NCBI GenBank assembly: GCA_964016885.1
Contig: OZ024763.1
Coordinates: forward strand, 186,001-250,000
Direction: 5' to 3'
Source: Eledone cirrhosa
Lineage: Eukaryota
Length of the DNA stretch: 64,000 nucleotides
Position 1 is the first letter of the stretch. The number at the start of each line of letters is the position of its first letter. Under the pieces are notes generated by a model. It was not told the DNA's origin and did not search any database. It was given only the letters and a program-made list of their open reading frames with translations. This document shows positions 29,330 through 44,788 of this stretch, piece by piece. The position numbers were made by a program, and so were the translations under genes.

Positions 29330-30195
29330 GTGTCTCCTCTCCTGCACACCACCTCGGATTCCTCTTGAACCCAGTCTCTCCCTCAGCTCATCCAAGCTCT
29401 GCCTTTCTCTCACATTTACATTACACATCTAACAAAGCATGGTTGCTTCATTTCTTTCCAGTCTACATATGTACGAACAGTCTTCTCTCCTGCACACCAC
29501 GCCACTTTAGGTTCCTCTTAAACCCAGTTTCTCCCTCTGTTCATCCAGGCTCTGCCTTTCATCCAACAAAACATGGTTGCTTTATTTCTCTTCTGCCTAC
29601 ACTTATGCCAACGTAGTCTTCTCTCTTGTACATATGTCAGATCCCTTTTAAACCCAGTTTCTCCCTCAGTTCATCCAAGCTCTGCCTTTCATCCAACAAA
29701 ACATGGTTGCTTCATTTCTCTCCAGTCTACACATGTCCTCTACAGTCACAGCCCATGTTTCATTACCATGCACCACGCCACTTCTGATTCCTCTTAACCC
29801 TTTAGCATTTAAACGAGCCATATAATTAGCCAGAATTCTCTCACCTCTTTCTGTTCAAACTGGCTGTAAACAGCCACTCATACTGATGTTAAGGTATTGC
29901 TCCCAAAATAAATATCAAAACCTCTTAGATTAGATATTATGAGAGATAATTATGTGAGGTAAAGCCTTTACTGTGAAAATATAGTAATATACATAGAGTA
30001 ATGTAAATGCTAAAGGGTTAAACCCAGTTTCTCCCACAGTTCATCCAAGCCTCACATCCAACAAAGCATGGTTACTTCATTTCTCTCCAGTCTATACAAG
30101 TCCCCATGCAGTCACAGCCCACATTTCACTCCCATGCACCACACCACTTCTGATTCCTCTTAAACCCAGTTTCTCCTTCAGTTCATCCAAGCTCT
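29330..30195 (+). repeat. Degenerate ~130-150-bp tandem repeat
   Basis: aaacccagtttctccctcagttcatccaag...catggttgc recurs about 5 times. Confidence 0.8.
29798..30017. mobile_element. piggyBac-type MITE
   Basis: TIRs CCCTTTAGCATTTA/TAAATGCTAAAGGG with TTAA on both sides. A partial copy lies at 29150-29310. Confidence 0.88.
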
Positions 30196-30684
30196 GGTGG
30201 TGTTGTTTTGGTACCTGGCATCTCTCAAGTTACAACTTTGTTGTCTCTCCTTTGGCCTCACCATTCCTTTCCGCCACCAAACATCAGCCCCTCCCCTCCT
30301 GTCACCCTCAGTCAGACATTATTAACAAAGACAGTATTTGTCTGCAAATATTAACAGCTTGCCTCATGTTTCCAGCATATCATTTGGTAATCTTAAGGAA
30401 TATGGCACTGAGATTTCCTTGATGATAAAAAGAGAAGATGGAAGTGTGGGGGTGTGGTGGGAGCGTGGAGGTGGTGGTGGTGATGTAGGATGAGGTGTTG
30501 GGTGGGGTGGAATGCTTTGGATTTAGATTCTTTAGTTTAAAACTCGGCCTTTTCTCATTCTGGCTCTCCCTCCTCCCTCTCCCTCCCCCTCTCACCCCCT
30601 CCCCTTCTATAGTTACATATTTAGCCTGCTCTCTCTTTCTCTTTCTCTTCTACTCATTACTGCTCTTTCTTTACCTGTCTATCT

Positions 30685-31180
30685 ATCTATGTGTGATAGC
30701 TATGGCGAAAGAGGTTGTATGGTGGACGAGGTTGAAAGGGCTGAGGTCAGACACCTTTCTCTCCGGCCAACAACTGATTCTTTTTTTTCAAACACCACTT
30801 TGGAAGAAGAATCAGGATGGAGAGAGAGGTGCTGTACCCCAGCAAGTTTTATGAAAGGTGGGTGAATGTGGCGAGAATGGCCCGAGTGAATGGGCCTTCT
30901 CTCTATATCAGCCTGTAGGTTGAGGAAAAGGAGGAGGAGAGGAAAGAGGTACAAACTCTTTGTAGATGAGGGTTGCACATTTTACAAACTCTTCGGAGAT
31001 GAGGGTTGCACATTTTTTCGGGGGTATGTGTTACCCATACGTAATGTCTCCCCCTATTGGGGAAAATCGATTAATTTTTAAATTGCATTTGTGATAGTAT
31101 TTTACACATTTTTTATTGTATGTAAACTTCCCCCTTTGTATTTGTCCCCTTCTTTTGTGCCCCTGTGGCTAATAAAGAAA
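30685..31180 (+). mobile_element. L1/Tx1-like LINE 3' end
   Basis: Frameshifted ORF end AKEVVWWTRL...RRIRMEREVL...FYERWVNVARM, then a 3' UTR ending in AATAAAG. Three copies in the window. Confidence 0.7.
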
Positions 31181-31654
31181 CATATCTAGCTATCTATCTA
31201 TCTGAATTTCTACATCCCTTATCTTCTCTTCTTTCTCCTTTCTCTTCTCCTCTCATCTCCTCTTCTCTCCTCTCACCTTTAGTTTCCTCTCTCTTTTACT
31301 CTCCTTTCTCTTTTCCTTTCTCTTTTCCTTTAGTTTCCTCTCTCTCTCTTCTTTTCTCTTCTTTCTCCTTTCTTTTCTTTTTCCCCTCTTTCTCCTTTCC
31401 TTTATTCTTTCCTTTCTCCTTTCTTTTCTTTTCCCCTCTTTTTCCTTTCCTCTCTTCTTTCTTTTCTTTCTCTTTTCCTTTCTCCTTTCTTTTCTTTTCC
31501 CCCTCTTTCTTCTTTCCTTTCTTTCTCTTTTCCTTTCTTTTCCCCTCTTTCTCCTTTCTTTTTCTTTCCTCTCTTTTTCATTTCTCCTCTTTCTCCTTTC
31601 CTCTCCTCTCTCCTCTTTCCCCATCCTCCTCACCACCTCCACTCCCCCCTCTCT

Positions 31655-31685
<31 letters not shown>

Positions 31686-31990
31686 TCCTTATCTACAAAA
31701 TATTATCTGTTGTTTCTCCTTCATTTTATTTTCATATTTTGGGGAAGATGTGGTGGGGGTGCAGAGTTTTGTATGTTATTTTTCTTCCTCTTTTTCTTTT
31801 TCTCCCTCCTCTTCCTCACCCTCCTCCTCTAGTTCTTCTCCTTCCACCCCCACCTCTCCCACCTCAGTTAATTACACCTCACAGATATGATATATATTTG
31901 TCACATCCCATCCCCCCTCTAATATCTCATTACTTCCATGTGGTGTTAACAAAATATTTATATTGGTCACAACTGAACATCTTGTCACAC

Positions 31991-32022
<32 letters not shown>

Positions 32023-32090
32023 ATTCTATCTATCTCTATCTCATTCCATCTCTCTCTCTATCTCTCTCTATCTCTCTTTATCTCTCTTTA

Positions 32091-32155
<65 letters not shown>

Positions 32156-32544
32156 CTCTCATCTCTCTCTCATTCTATCTCTCTCTATCTCTCTCTCTTT
32201 ATCTCTCTCTATCTCTCTTTACCTCTCTCTCTCTATATATATATATAGTAATAATAATCTGTTATTTTTATATCTCTCTCTCTCTCTCTCTCTCTCCTTC
32301 CTACCCTGACCCTCATCTCTCCCCAAATCTCTCTCACCTTCTTCTTGCCATAATACAAGCTTTTTCTCAGCTCCCCCATCTTCCCCACCAGATCTTTCCT
32401 AGTCTTCTTCTGTTGTCTTTTCTCCCCCCACCCCCCTATCAACACCCAGTTCCATAATAGATCACAGATGCTGTTTATATTTTGTAGAAATCTCTCTAAA
32501 ATACAACCATTTATTAATATTATCATTATTATTGTTATTATTAT

Positions 32545-32858
32545 TGGCAGAATCGGTAGAGCGTACGGAAATAGAGTTACTTCCCTTTACATTCTGAGTT
32601 GAAATCCCACCAAGGTTAACTTTGCCTTTCATCCTTACAGGGTTGATAAAATAAAGTAGCAGTAATGTACTGCGGTCAATTTAATCAACTTTCTCCTCTC
32701 CTTAAATTTACTGGCCTTGGGCCTATACTAGAAACAATTATTTTCAAATCCTGCCGAGGTTGACTTTGCCTTTCATCCTTACGGAGTCGATAAAATAAAG
32801 TACCAGTAATGCACTGGGTAATTGCTGGCCTTGTGCCAAAAGTAGAAACAATTATTAT
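32545..32858 (+). mobile_element. Two SINE family 1 copies
   Basis: B box and central domain repeated twice. Confidence 0.85.
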
Positions 32859-33148
32859 AGTTACACTGTAAATGTGGTGGGTGTTAGGGAGTGCATCCAG
32901 CTGTAGAAACTGAGCCAGAAACAGTTCTGTATGAGTAAGACACGGTCACCTGACCTAACTTGCCTCAAATGGGACAACCTGTCTAACCCATGCTATCATG
33001 GAGAATGGACGATGATGAAAAACGTTGCAACCGAAGGAAAACATGAAGACGATACTTTGGTTTGTGAAGACGTTCGCTGGCAATGAACGGAAAATAGCGA
33101 ACATAATACGTCATCAATGTTTTTTATAATGTCGTAATGCAGACAGCC

Positions 33149-33340
33149 ATGGCACCTCTACGACCACTCTGCAGTGGAATGATAGGGACCCCAGTCCCTA
33201 TCATCTCATTTCTACAGCTGAGTAAACTGGAGCAATGTGAAATAAAGTGTCTTGCTCAAGGAAACAACACATCACCTGGTCTGAGAATTGAACTCACAAC
33301 CTTTCGATTGTAAGGCCAATGCTCTAACTACTAAGCCATA
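33149..33340 (-). mobile_element. SINE family 2
   Basis: Matches 20797-20990. Confidence 0.85.
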
Positions 33341-33543
33341 TATATATATATACTAGCAGAATGGCCCGGCGTTGCTCAGGATTTGCTCTAGGGTTCTTAT
33401 ATAATTGATATATATTTATCATTATCGAGCCTCGTGAAATAAATACGTTTGTTTATATTTTGTTATTGTGTATGCAAAAATATCTGTACACAAATATATA
33501 ATTATATACATATATATATATATATATTAAAATAACAGATTAA

Positions 33544-33594
33544 AGTTTAAGCAAAAAATCGCTGCTTTCACCCTTAACGGGATCTTCTGAAACT
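33544..33594 (-). ncRNA. Type I hammerhead, CAGAAGA family
   Basis: agttt-CAGAAGA-tcccgttaagggt-GAA-AGCA..TGCT-T-aaact. Confidence 0.7.
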
Positions 33595-33662
33595 AAAAAA
33601 TCAATCTGTGAACGCAGAAGTAAATATTTCGAAAAACGCTACACACACTATATATATATATA

Positions 33663-34925
33663 TACCTAGCTAAAGGTAAACCCCTCTACTTAGCTTTTGT
33701 CGACTTGGAGAAAGCCTTCGACAGAGTCCCCCGCTCCATTATCTGGTGGGCTCTTAGAAAACTAGGCGTTGACGAATGGCTTGTGAGGGCTATACAAGCC
33801 ATGTATAAAGAAACAGTCAGCAAGGTTAGAATTAACAACGAATATAGTGAAGAGTTTAGCGTAAAAGTCGGCGTCCATCAGGGCTCTGTTCTCAGTCCAC
33901 TACTATTTATTATTGCCCTTCAGGCCATAACAGAGGAGTTCAAGACAGGCTGCCCATGGGAACTCCTATACGCAGACGACCTGACACTCATAGCGGAATC
34001 AATGGCCGAGCTAGAGAAGAAATTCCAAACATGGAAGCACGGCCTAGAGTCAAAAGGACTTAAAATTAACCTGGCTAAGACCAAAGTACTAGTTTGTAGG
34101 AAAGAAAACAAGGCGGCGGTCCCTTCTGGGAAATGGTCGTGCTCGGTGTGTAGGAAAGGCGTAGGTAGAAACTCCATTTTATGTCCTAAATGCAAAGTAT
34201 GGGTGCATAAAAGATGTAGTGGGATCACAGGTAGGCTAACTAAGAACATAGATTTTACATGTGGCCGGTGCTCTGGTGCAATAAGTAGCAGCAAGTGCCC
34301 ACAAACTACTAGCTCTTTCAATTGCGCAGAGGGTTCTATAGAAATAGTGGACAGCTTCCGTTACCTGGGCGATAAAATCAGCAGTGGGGGAGGGTGCTCT
34401 GAAAGTACTGTAGCTAGAGTCAGAACTGGTTGGAAAAAGTTCAGAGAGCTTATACCACTATTAGCTGCTAAAGGGTTCTCACTAAAAATGAAAGGCAGGT
34501 TGTACGATGCCTGCATACGAACAGCAATGCTGCATGGCAGTGAGACCTGGGCATTGTGTGCAGAGGATATACGCAGACTAGAGAGGAACGAAGCTTGCAT
34601 GCTCCGCTGGATGTGTAACAGTAATATACGTGAACGGCAAAGCATAAACGAACTAAGGAATAAATTAGAGATAAGAGGGATCAGATGTTGTTTACTCGAG
34701 AGAAGGCTACGTTGGTATGGACACGTGATGCGCATGAAAGTCGATAGCTGTATAACAAAGTGCAGGGCAATAAAGATAGACGGTAGTCACGGAATAGGCA
34801 GACCTAGAAAAACCTGGGACGAGCTGATAAACTCCGACATCACACACTTACACCTCTCCAAGACAATGTCACTGGACCGAGACCTTTGGCGGTACTCAGT
34901 AACAGAGAAGACCCGCCTTACCTAA
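33663..34925 (+). CDS. RTE-clade LINE reverse transcriptase ORF (5'-truncated) with an inserted PHD-type finger
   Basis: Open frame with AFVDLEKAFDRV, GVHQGSVLSPLLF, YADD, a C4HC3 cysteine cluster, FRYLG, RRLRWYGHVMR and GRPRKTW. Confidence 0.95.
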   Translation, partial: YLAKGKPLYLAFVDLEKAFDRVPRSIIWWALRKLGVDEWLVRAIQAMYKETVSKVRINNEYSEEFSVKVGVHQGSVLSPLLFIIALQAITEEFKTGCPWELLYADDLTLIAESMAELEKKFQTWKHGLESKGLKINLAKTKVLVCRKENKAAVPSGKWSCSVCRKGVGRNSILCPKCKVWVHKRCSGITGRLTKNIDFTCGRCSGAISSSKCPQTTSSFNCAEGSIEIVDSFRYLGDKISSGGGCSESTVARVRTGWKKFRELIPLLAAKGFSLKMKGRLYDACIRTAMLHGSETWALCAEDIRRLERNEACMLRWMCNSNIRERQSINELRNKLEIRGIRCCLLERRLRWYGHVMRMKVDSCITKCRAIKIDGSHGIGRPRKTWDELINSDITHLHLSKTMSLDRDLWRYSVTEKTRLT

Positions 34926-35315
34926 ATATATAGTAAAACCTACTCCAGCCAGTAGGCATCTCTAACAAATACACCCCGTCCCACCACCCCCACCCGATCC
35001 ACACCACCCCGTTCTATGTAAAGTTATGTTGGTGCCGCGCCATCGAGGCCGAAACAAATGAGATCGTGTAGGTGTCACGACAAAAAAACACACAGTCCAC
35101 GCTGTAATGTGGCCGTGTAGGCAACACGGTAAAAACCTCCCAGACCCACACTGTAAATGTGGTTGGTGTTAGGAAGGGCATCCAACTGTAGAAAACCTGC
35201 CAGACAGTCCTATGCGAGCAAGACAATCACTCTTGCCTCAAGTGGGACTACCCCCGTCCAAACCCATGCAAGCGTGGAACACGGACGTTAAACGCTGATG
35301 ATGATGATGATGATG

Positions 35316-35316
<1 letters not shown>
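33663..35316 (+). mobile_element. 5'-truncated RTE LINE
   Basis: ORF plus 3' UTR and (GAT)n tail, inserted in (TA)n. Confidence 0.95.
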
Positions 35317-35347
<31 letters not shown>

Positions 35348-35479
35348 TATATATATACACACACACACAGCGTCATAATGTCATAATGCAGACAGCCAGA
35401 CATACAGACAGATATTATAAGGGTGCGATGTTATATCTATGTATCTATCTAAAAAGAAAGAGTAAGAATTATAGAGAGA

Positions 35480-35655
35480 GATCGCTAAATCGCCTAATGC
35501 GGTCCCTAGGGCATTGACAATTTGAAATTTTATTTTTCTCAAAACACTCACAGGACCATAAGTATTACATGTGTAAAGTTTAAAAACAATCGGTTGGGTG
35601 GTTCTCGAGTTTTAGAGAGTCAGACAGACAGACATTCTGTTTTATATATATATAT
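35480..35655 (+). mobile_element. Possible Helentron/HINE-like non-autonomous element end
   Basis: tgtgtaaagttt..aatcggtt..(cagac)n..ttttatatata. A start-like motif actagcag..cccggcgttgctc lies at 33352. Confidence 0.4.
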
Positions 35656-35727
35656 TATATATATGTTTTATATATATATATTATATATATATAATATATT
35701 TTATATATATATATTATATATATATAT

Positions 35728-36035
35728 ATCATCATCATCATCATCATCACCATCTTCGTTTAACGCCTATTTTCCACGCTAGCATTGGTAGGATGGGCAG
35801 TCTCTTTGTGAGGGATCCGGTTGGGGAACTGATTTGGTTTGATTTCTACATCTGGATGCCCTTCCTAACACCAACCACTGTAAATGAGGTTGGTGTTAGG
35901 AAGGGCATCCAGCTGTAGAAATCAAGCCAGAATCAGTTCTGTATGAGCCAGACATGGTCAGCTGACCACAACAGGACAACTCATCTAACCCATGCTAGCG
36001 TGGAAAAATGGACATTAAACGGTGTTGATGATGAT
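35728..36035. mobile_element. Head-to-head pair of RTE-tail SINE fragments
   Basis: Inverted gatgcccttcctaacaccaacc arms with outward-facing (GAT)n tails. Confidence 0.75.
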
Positions 36036-36625
36036 GGTGATGGTGATGGTGATGATGATGATAATAATGGTGATTATGATAACGGCAATGAAGGTAATGA
36101 TGATGATGGTGATGATGATGGTGATGGTGGTGATGGTGATGGTGGTGATGATGATAATAATGGTGATGATGATAACGGCAATGTTGGTAATGATGATGAT
36201 GGTGATGGTGGTGATGGTAACAATGTTGATGATGATGATGATACTCAACAATGAAATTATTGTCAAAACATAAAAAATAAACTCATCTATTTTATTAAAA
36301 TGTTTTATGTATGTAAATTATATCCCATTATTTGATAACACTAAACAATATCTGTGTGTGATTTGGACATTTCTAAGCAATTCTTGCCTGAAGAAATTAA
36401 AGATCAGAGCATTGTATATCTTATCTTTTCTCTTTATTTTTTGAGAACAAATTTGATAAACGCTAAGAACCCAGATAGCTGCTTTTGTTTATGAAATCCA
36501 ATTTTCAGTAAATAAATTTGTCAAATTAAATATTTCTACTTGTTAAGAAAGGTTAGAAAACCAATTTTCAAAATCAAACACCTTTTTTTCTGTAAATTGT
36601 TTTCAAGGAATTTTCTTGTCGTTAA

Positions 36626-37330
36626 CCCTTTCATTATTAAATTGCCTGAGAATCGCCCCTAGTTCTATATGTATTAAGAAAATGTTTGATTCAAAGTGTT
36701 TGTATTTATCTGAAGACTTTCCATCAAGATTTTATGGAAGAATCTTCATTAAGTTATGTTCCAAACACCAGGCAAATCCCTCAAATGTTCATGATTATTT
36801 TTAAATATCACAATTTAACACTTTCATTATTGAATCGTCCCTTGATCTATATATAATAGGAATCTATTTTAAAGTATTTCTGTCTACCTGAAGACTTTCC
36901 ATCAACATTTTATTTAAGAACCTTTGTTATTCATCTGTGTTCAAATCAATATATTCTGTGTTCAAATCAATATATCCTGAGTGTAACTTTTTTATTATTC
37001 ATCTGGTGTTTGGAACATAACTTAACAAAAATTCTTATGTAAAATTTTGATTGAAGGTTTTCAGATAAATATAAGCATAAAGTACCAGTAATGCACTTGG
37101 TAATTGCTGGCCTTGTGCCAAAAGTAGAAACAATTAATTAAAATGCAATGTATTTTATTAGAAATCTGGTCATGAAGGATTTACTTGGTGTTTGGAACAT
37201 AACATAACAAAGGTTCATAGATAAAATGTTCATGGAAGGTCTTCAGATAAATACAAACACTTTAAAACAAACAGTTTCTTAATATATATAGAACTAGGGG
37301 TGATTTTCAGGTGATTTGATAATGAAAGGG
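36626..37330. mobile_element. piggyBac-type MITE with long imperfect TIRs
   Basis: TTAA-CCCTTTCATTA...TAATGAAAGGG-TTAA with ~145-bp imperfect arms. Related fragments lie at about 13135-13250 and 37370-37470. Confidence 0.8.
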
Positions 37331-37516
37331 TTAAATTGTGATATTTTAAAATAAGTATGAAAATTTGAGGAACATAACATAACATAAAGGTTCTTATGTA
37401 AAATTTTGATGGAAGGTTTTATGTCATATATAAGGGGTGAGTTTCAGGCAATTTGATAATGAAATAATTAAATTGTGATTTTAAAAATTAATTCTGTAAT
37501 TTGAGGGATTTACATA

Positions 37517-38330
37517 ACTGGTACTTTATTTTATTGACCCCGTAAGGATGAAAGGCAAAGTTAACCTCAGTGGGATTTGAACTCGGAATGGCAAGGGCCG
37601 TAACTCTATGCATCAAAACATGGCGTCCGACCCTCTACCGATACTGCCAATCCACAACATAACTTAATAATGGTTTCTTATATAGGCACAAGGCCAGCAA
37701 TTTGGGGGGAGGGGGAAAGTCGATTAAATCGACCCCAGTGCGTGACTGGTACTTTATTTTATCGACCCCGTAAGGATGAAAGGCAAAGTTAACCTCGGCA
37801 GGATTTGAACTCAGACTGTAAAGGGGCGTAACTCTATGCCACAAAGCATGGTGTCTGACACGCTACCGATTCTGCCAAGCCATGCCATAAGTATAATAAT
37901 TGTTTCTACTTTTGGCACAAGGCCAGCAATTTCCCCAGTACATTACTGGTACTTTATTTTATCGACCCCGTAAAGATGAAAGGCAAAGTTAACCTCGGCG
38001 GGATTTGAACTCAGAATGGAAAGGGCCGTAACTCTAATAATTGTTTCTACTTTTGGCACAAGGCCAGCATTTAACCCAGTACATTACTGGTACTTTATTT
38101 TATCGACCCCGTCGATAAAATAAAGTACCAGTAATGCACTGGTAGCTCTAATAATTGTTTCTACTTTAGGCACAAGGCCAGCAAAAACCCAGCGTATTAC
38201 TGGTACTTTATTTTATCGACCCCGTAAGGATGAAAGGCAAAGTTAACCTCGGCGGGATTTGAACTCAGATCGTAAAGGGACGTAGCTCTATGCTTCAAAG
38301 CATGGTGTTCGACTCTCTGTCGATACTGCC
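37517..38330 (-). mobile_element. Cluster of about five SINE family 1 copies
   Basis: Repeated SINE body, including one fold-back copy. Confidence 0.88.
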
Positions 38331-38399
38331 GAAATGATATTAAAATACAATAATATTAGATCAGTGATCCTGTAGAGTGGCTTGGTAGCAAAATATATA

Positions 38400-41000
<2,601 letters not shown>

Positions 41001-41072
41001 TATGTATAAATAAATATGTATGTATATATGTATTTGAGTGTGTGGGTGTATATATATATGTATATATATATG

Positions 41073-41106
<34 letters not shown>

Positions 41107-41204
41107 CATACATACATTTGAAAGGGTCATTCTGCCAATAAAAACACATGTACCTGCATATATACATATATAATTATATATACATATATAATTATATATA
41201 TATA

Positions 41205-41285
<81 letters not shown>

Positions 41286-41605
41286 AAAAAGTGAATATAG
41301 CTCTTTCTCTCTTTCTCTCTCAATATATATATAGTGAGAGAGAGAGAGGGCTCTCTTTCCATGTCAGTGAGTGTGTGTTGGTGGAGGGGAGGGGGGTGTC
41401 TTGTTCAACAAAGCAACATGGCTGACATGAAAGAGCTTCAAAAACCAGTTATTGTTGCATGTTAGTGTTTCACTGGAGCAGGGAGGAGGTGGATGGTGTA
41501 GTGTGGGAGAAAGGTCGAGCAAATAAGCAAATAACAGAGGAAAAGGTCAGCAGCTACAACATACACACATGTACATGTGTGTGCGGAGGTGTATGTGTAT
41601 ATACA

Positions 41606-41669
<64 letters not shown>

Positions 41670-41751
41670 AATATATGTGTGTGTGTGTATATACATATAT
41701 ATGTATGTGTGTATATATATATATGTGTGTGTGTATGTGTATATCTCTATT

Positions 41752-41826
41752 CAGGGTGTCCCAAAAAATATATACACACTTCAACACCATTCTAATAGAT
41801 ATGTGCATGCATTTTTGGGGGACACC

Positions 41827-41830
<4 letters not shown>
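41752..41830. mobile_element. Tc1/mariner-type MITE
   Basis: CAGGGTGTCCC...GGGACACCATG-TA, related to the 25523 copy. Confidence 0.7.
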
Positions 41831-41895
<65 letters not shown>

Positions 41896-41902
41896 CATAT
41901 AC

Positions 41903-41933
<31 letters not shown>

Positions 41934-41969
41934 TAGGCATATATTTATGGATGTATAAATGCATATGTG

Positions 41970-42024
<55 letters not shown>

Positions 42025-42092
42025 ATATATATATATACATATATATATATGTATATATATATATAGGCATATATTTATGGATGTATAAATGC

Positions 42093-42144
<52 letters not shown>

Positions 42145-42212
42145 ATATATACATATACATATATATATATGTATATATATATATAGGCATATATTTATGG
42201 ATGTATAAATGC

Positions 42213-42270
<58 letters not shown>

Positions 42271-42329
42271 ATGCATATATGTAAAGGTATAATACATATA
42301 TGTTTATACATATATATACACTCACATAC

Positions 42330-43395
42330 ACACCCCACCATACAACACAAACAACACACACACACACATGTGTACAAACATGTACACACATTCACACATA
42401 TGTACATAAATACACAACACAGTAAACCACACCACAACACACAACACCACACAACATACTACACCACACCACACCACAGCACACCACTCCATACAAACCT
42501 CCACAACACTACACTACGCCACACTACACTACACTACACCACACTGCACCACACCACACCACACCACACCACACCAGACCATGCCACACACCACACCACA
42601 CTACACTACACAACACCACACACCATACAAACCTCCACCACACACACCACACCACCACACTACACCACCACACCAGACTACACCACACCACCACACTACA
42701 CCACGCCATCACCACACCACACTACACCACACCACACTACACCACACCACACTACACCACACCACACCACACCACACTATACCACACCACACCACACAAC
42801 AACACTATACTACACACTACACACATTACACCACACCATACAAACCTCGTCCACACCACACCACTACACTACACCACACACCACACCACACCACCACCAC
42901 ACAACTACACCACACCACACCACACCACACCACACCACACCACCACCACACCACCACCACCACACAACAACACTACACCACACCACACCACCACCACACA
43001 ACAACACTACACCACACCACCACCACACAACAACACTACACCACACCACACCACCACCACACAACAACACTGCACCACACCACCACACCACACCACCACC
43101 ACACAACAACACTACACCACACCACACCACCACACCACACCACCACCACACAACAACACTACACCACACCACCACACCACCACCACACAACACCACCACA
43201 CCACACCACCACACCACACCACCACCACACAACAACATTACACCACACCACCACACCACCACCACACAACAACACTACACCACACCACCACACCACACCA
43301 CCACCACACCACTACACCACACACCACATCACACCACCACCACACAACAACACTACACCACACCACCTCATCACACCACACCATACAAACCTCCA
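42330..43395. repeat. (CACCA/CAC)n array
   Basis: Visible repeat. Confidence 0.95.
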
Positions 43396-43747
43396 TGGGT
43401 TGTTTTGGCAGTTTTAACAAAATAACCAACAGGAAACGGAAATTCATTACATGGCAACGCTATAGGTTTTCCTTCTACAGTAATAGTTACTTAGTCACTA
43501 CTGTTGTTGTTGGTACTGTTGGTGGTGGTGTTGGTGGTGGTGTTGGTGGTGTTGGTGGTGGTGTTGTTGGTGTTGTTGTTGGTGCTGTTGTTACTGTTCT
43601 ATTGTTATGAATATCTATATTTATATATATACATATATATTTATATCTATAAATATGTAAATAAGTTTATCCTGGGTTCAATTGGGGGTAACCACTGTAA
43701 GTAAGGTACTCAATACAAAACAGAGTATATATATTTAATATAGAAAT

Positions 43748-43798
43748 GGCTTGTACAGGACTAGAACTGTTTCATTCGGGAGAAATCATCAGGAAGCT
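43748..43798 (-). ncRNA. Type I hammerhead ribozyme (GUA site)
   Basis: agcttc-CTGATGA-tttctcccgaat-GAA-ACAG-ttctagtc-CTGT-A-caagc, followed by the tail tatactct..tattgagtacc. A related copy lies at 63.5 kb. Confidence 0.75.
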
Positions 43799-43990
43799 AG
43801 CTGTCCAAGTAATATGGTGGTATTTATATCTTTTCTGGTGGTAGGAGAGGGTGGTGATTGGGAAGGGTGGAGGTCATTGGTTGATGGGTTTAAAGAAAAG
43901 GGAATTCTTAAAGAAGTATATTTGTAAATATATATATTTATATATTTATAAATATATATATATATTTAATAATAATAATAATAATAATAT

Positions 43991-44194
43991 AAGTTACACT
44001 GGGAGATCCTAGCTAGGGCTAGATCGTATAACAGAAATAAAAGACCATGTGACCTCTGCGCCGCTGAGGCCCTGGAAATACTCTACGCCACAGACCATAT
44101 CTTAAACAAAAAATCTGAGGCAATTTCGGCTTGTAAACATAAATTGCACAAAACTTTCCTGTATTACAGCCCCACATTATACCCTAACGGATAA
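43991..44194 (+). pseudogene. Penelope-like element ORF C-terminus (GIY-YIG endonuclease tail)
   Basis: Translates as KLHWEILARARSYNRNKRPCDLCAAEALEILYATDHILNKKSEAISACKHK...*, matching the W.I...Y...CxLC..E...LN..sE...CxH pattern. Absent from the ORF track because it has no start codon. Confidence 0.8.
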
Positions 44195-44389
44195 TACGAT
44201 CTATACATGGATATTTTACGTCTCGATGTGGTAGCTAAGTATATGTTGTGTTTATACCATTACTTATTTGCATAGGTAAGTTTATATTACCTGTATGTTT
44301 TGTGAAGGGAACGTTTCCACGAACCAAAGTATCGCCTTCCTGTCTTCCTCCGGTTGTAACGTTTTTTAAAATATCCACTTCTGCGTTTA

Positions 44390-44463
44390 CAGATTGATTT
44401 TGTTAGTTTCAGAAGATCCCGTTAAGGGTGAAGGCAGCGATTCTTTGCTTAAACTTTAATCTG
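44390..44463 (+). ncRNA. Type I hammerhead, CAGAAGA family, in the PLE 3' region
   Basis: Helix I agttt/aaact is extended by cagattga/ttaatctg across a U-rich bulge. This copy has GAAG instead of GAAA. Confidence 0.7.
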
Positions 44464-44492
44464 CTATTTTAATAAATATATATATATATATT

Positions 44493-44528
<36 letters not shown>

Positions 44529-44569
44529 CGAAACATAAGTCAATTGCATGAACTCATAATCCTTTATTT

Positions 44570-44625
44570 ACTGCTATATATATTTCGATGATAGCCATTG
44601 AGTGGCTATGACCTCATCAGGCAGT
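44570..44625 (-). ncRNA. Type I hammerhead ribozyme
   Basis: actgc-CTGATGA-ggtcatagcca-ctcaa-tggctatcatc-GAAA-tatata-TA-gcagt. Confidence 0.82.
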
Positions 44626-44737
44626 TAGTCAGTTCTTAGATATGCCAGCTCTGTGTTTATGGTGTTGATTGTATCAGAGCCTTGGGACATATTAATAATA
44701 ATAAATGTGAAGACTAAAATCCGAAGAGGGCTTGATA

Positions 44738-44788
44738 AGTTTCAGAAGATCCCGTTAAGGGTGAAAGCAGCAATTCTTTGCTTAAACT
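44738..44788 (+). ncRNA. Type I hammerhead, CAGAAGA family
   Basis: agttt-CAGAAGA-tcccgttaagggt-GAAAGCA-gcaattctt-TGCTT-aaact, preceded by an inverted pLTR tail at 44692-44738. Confidence 0.72.
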
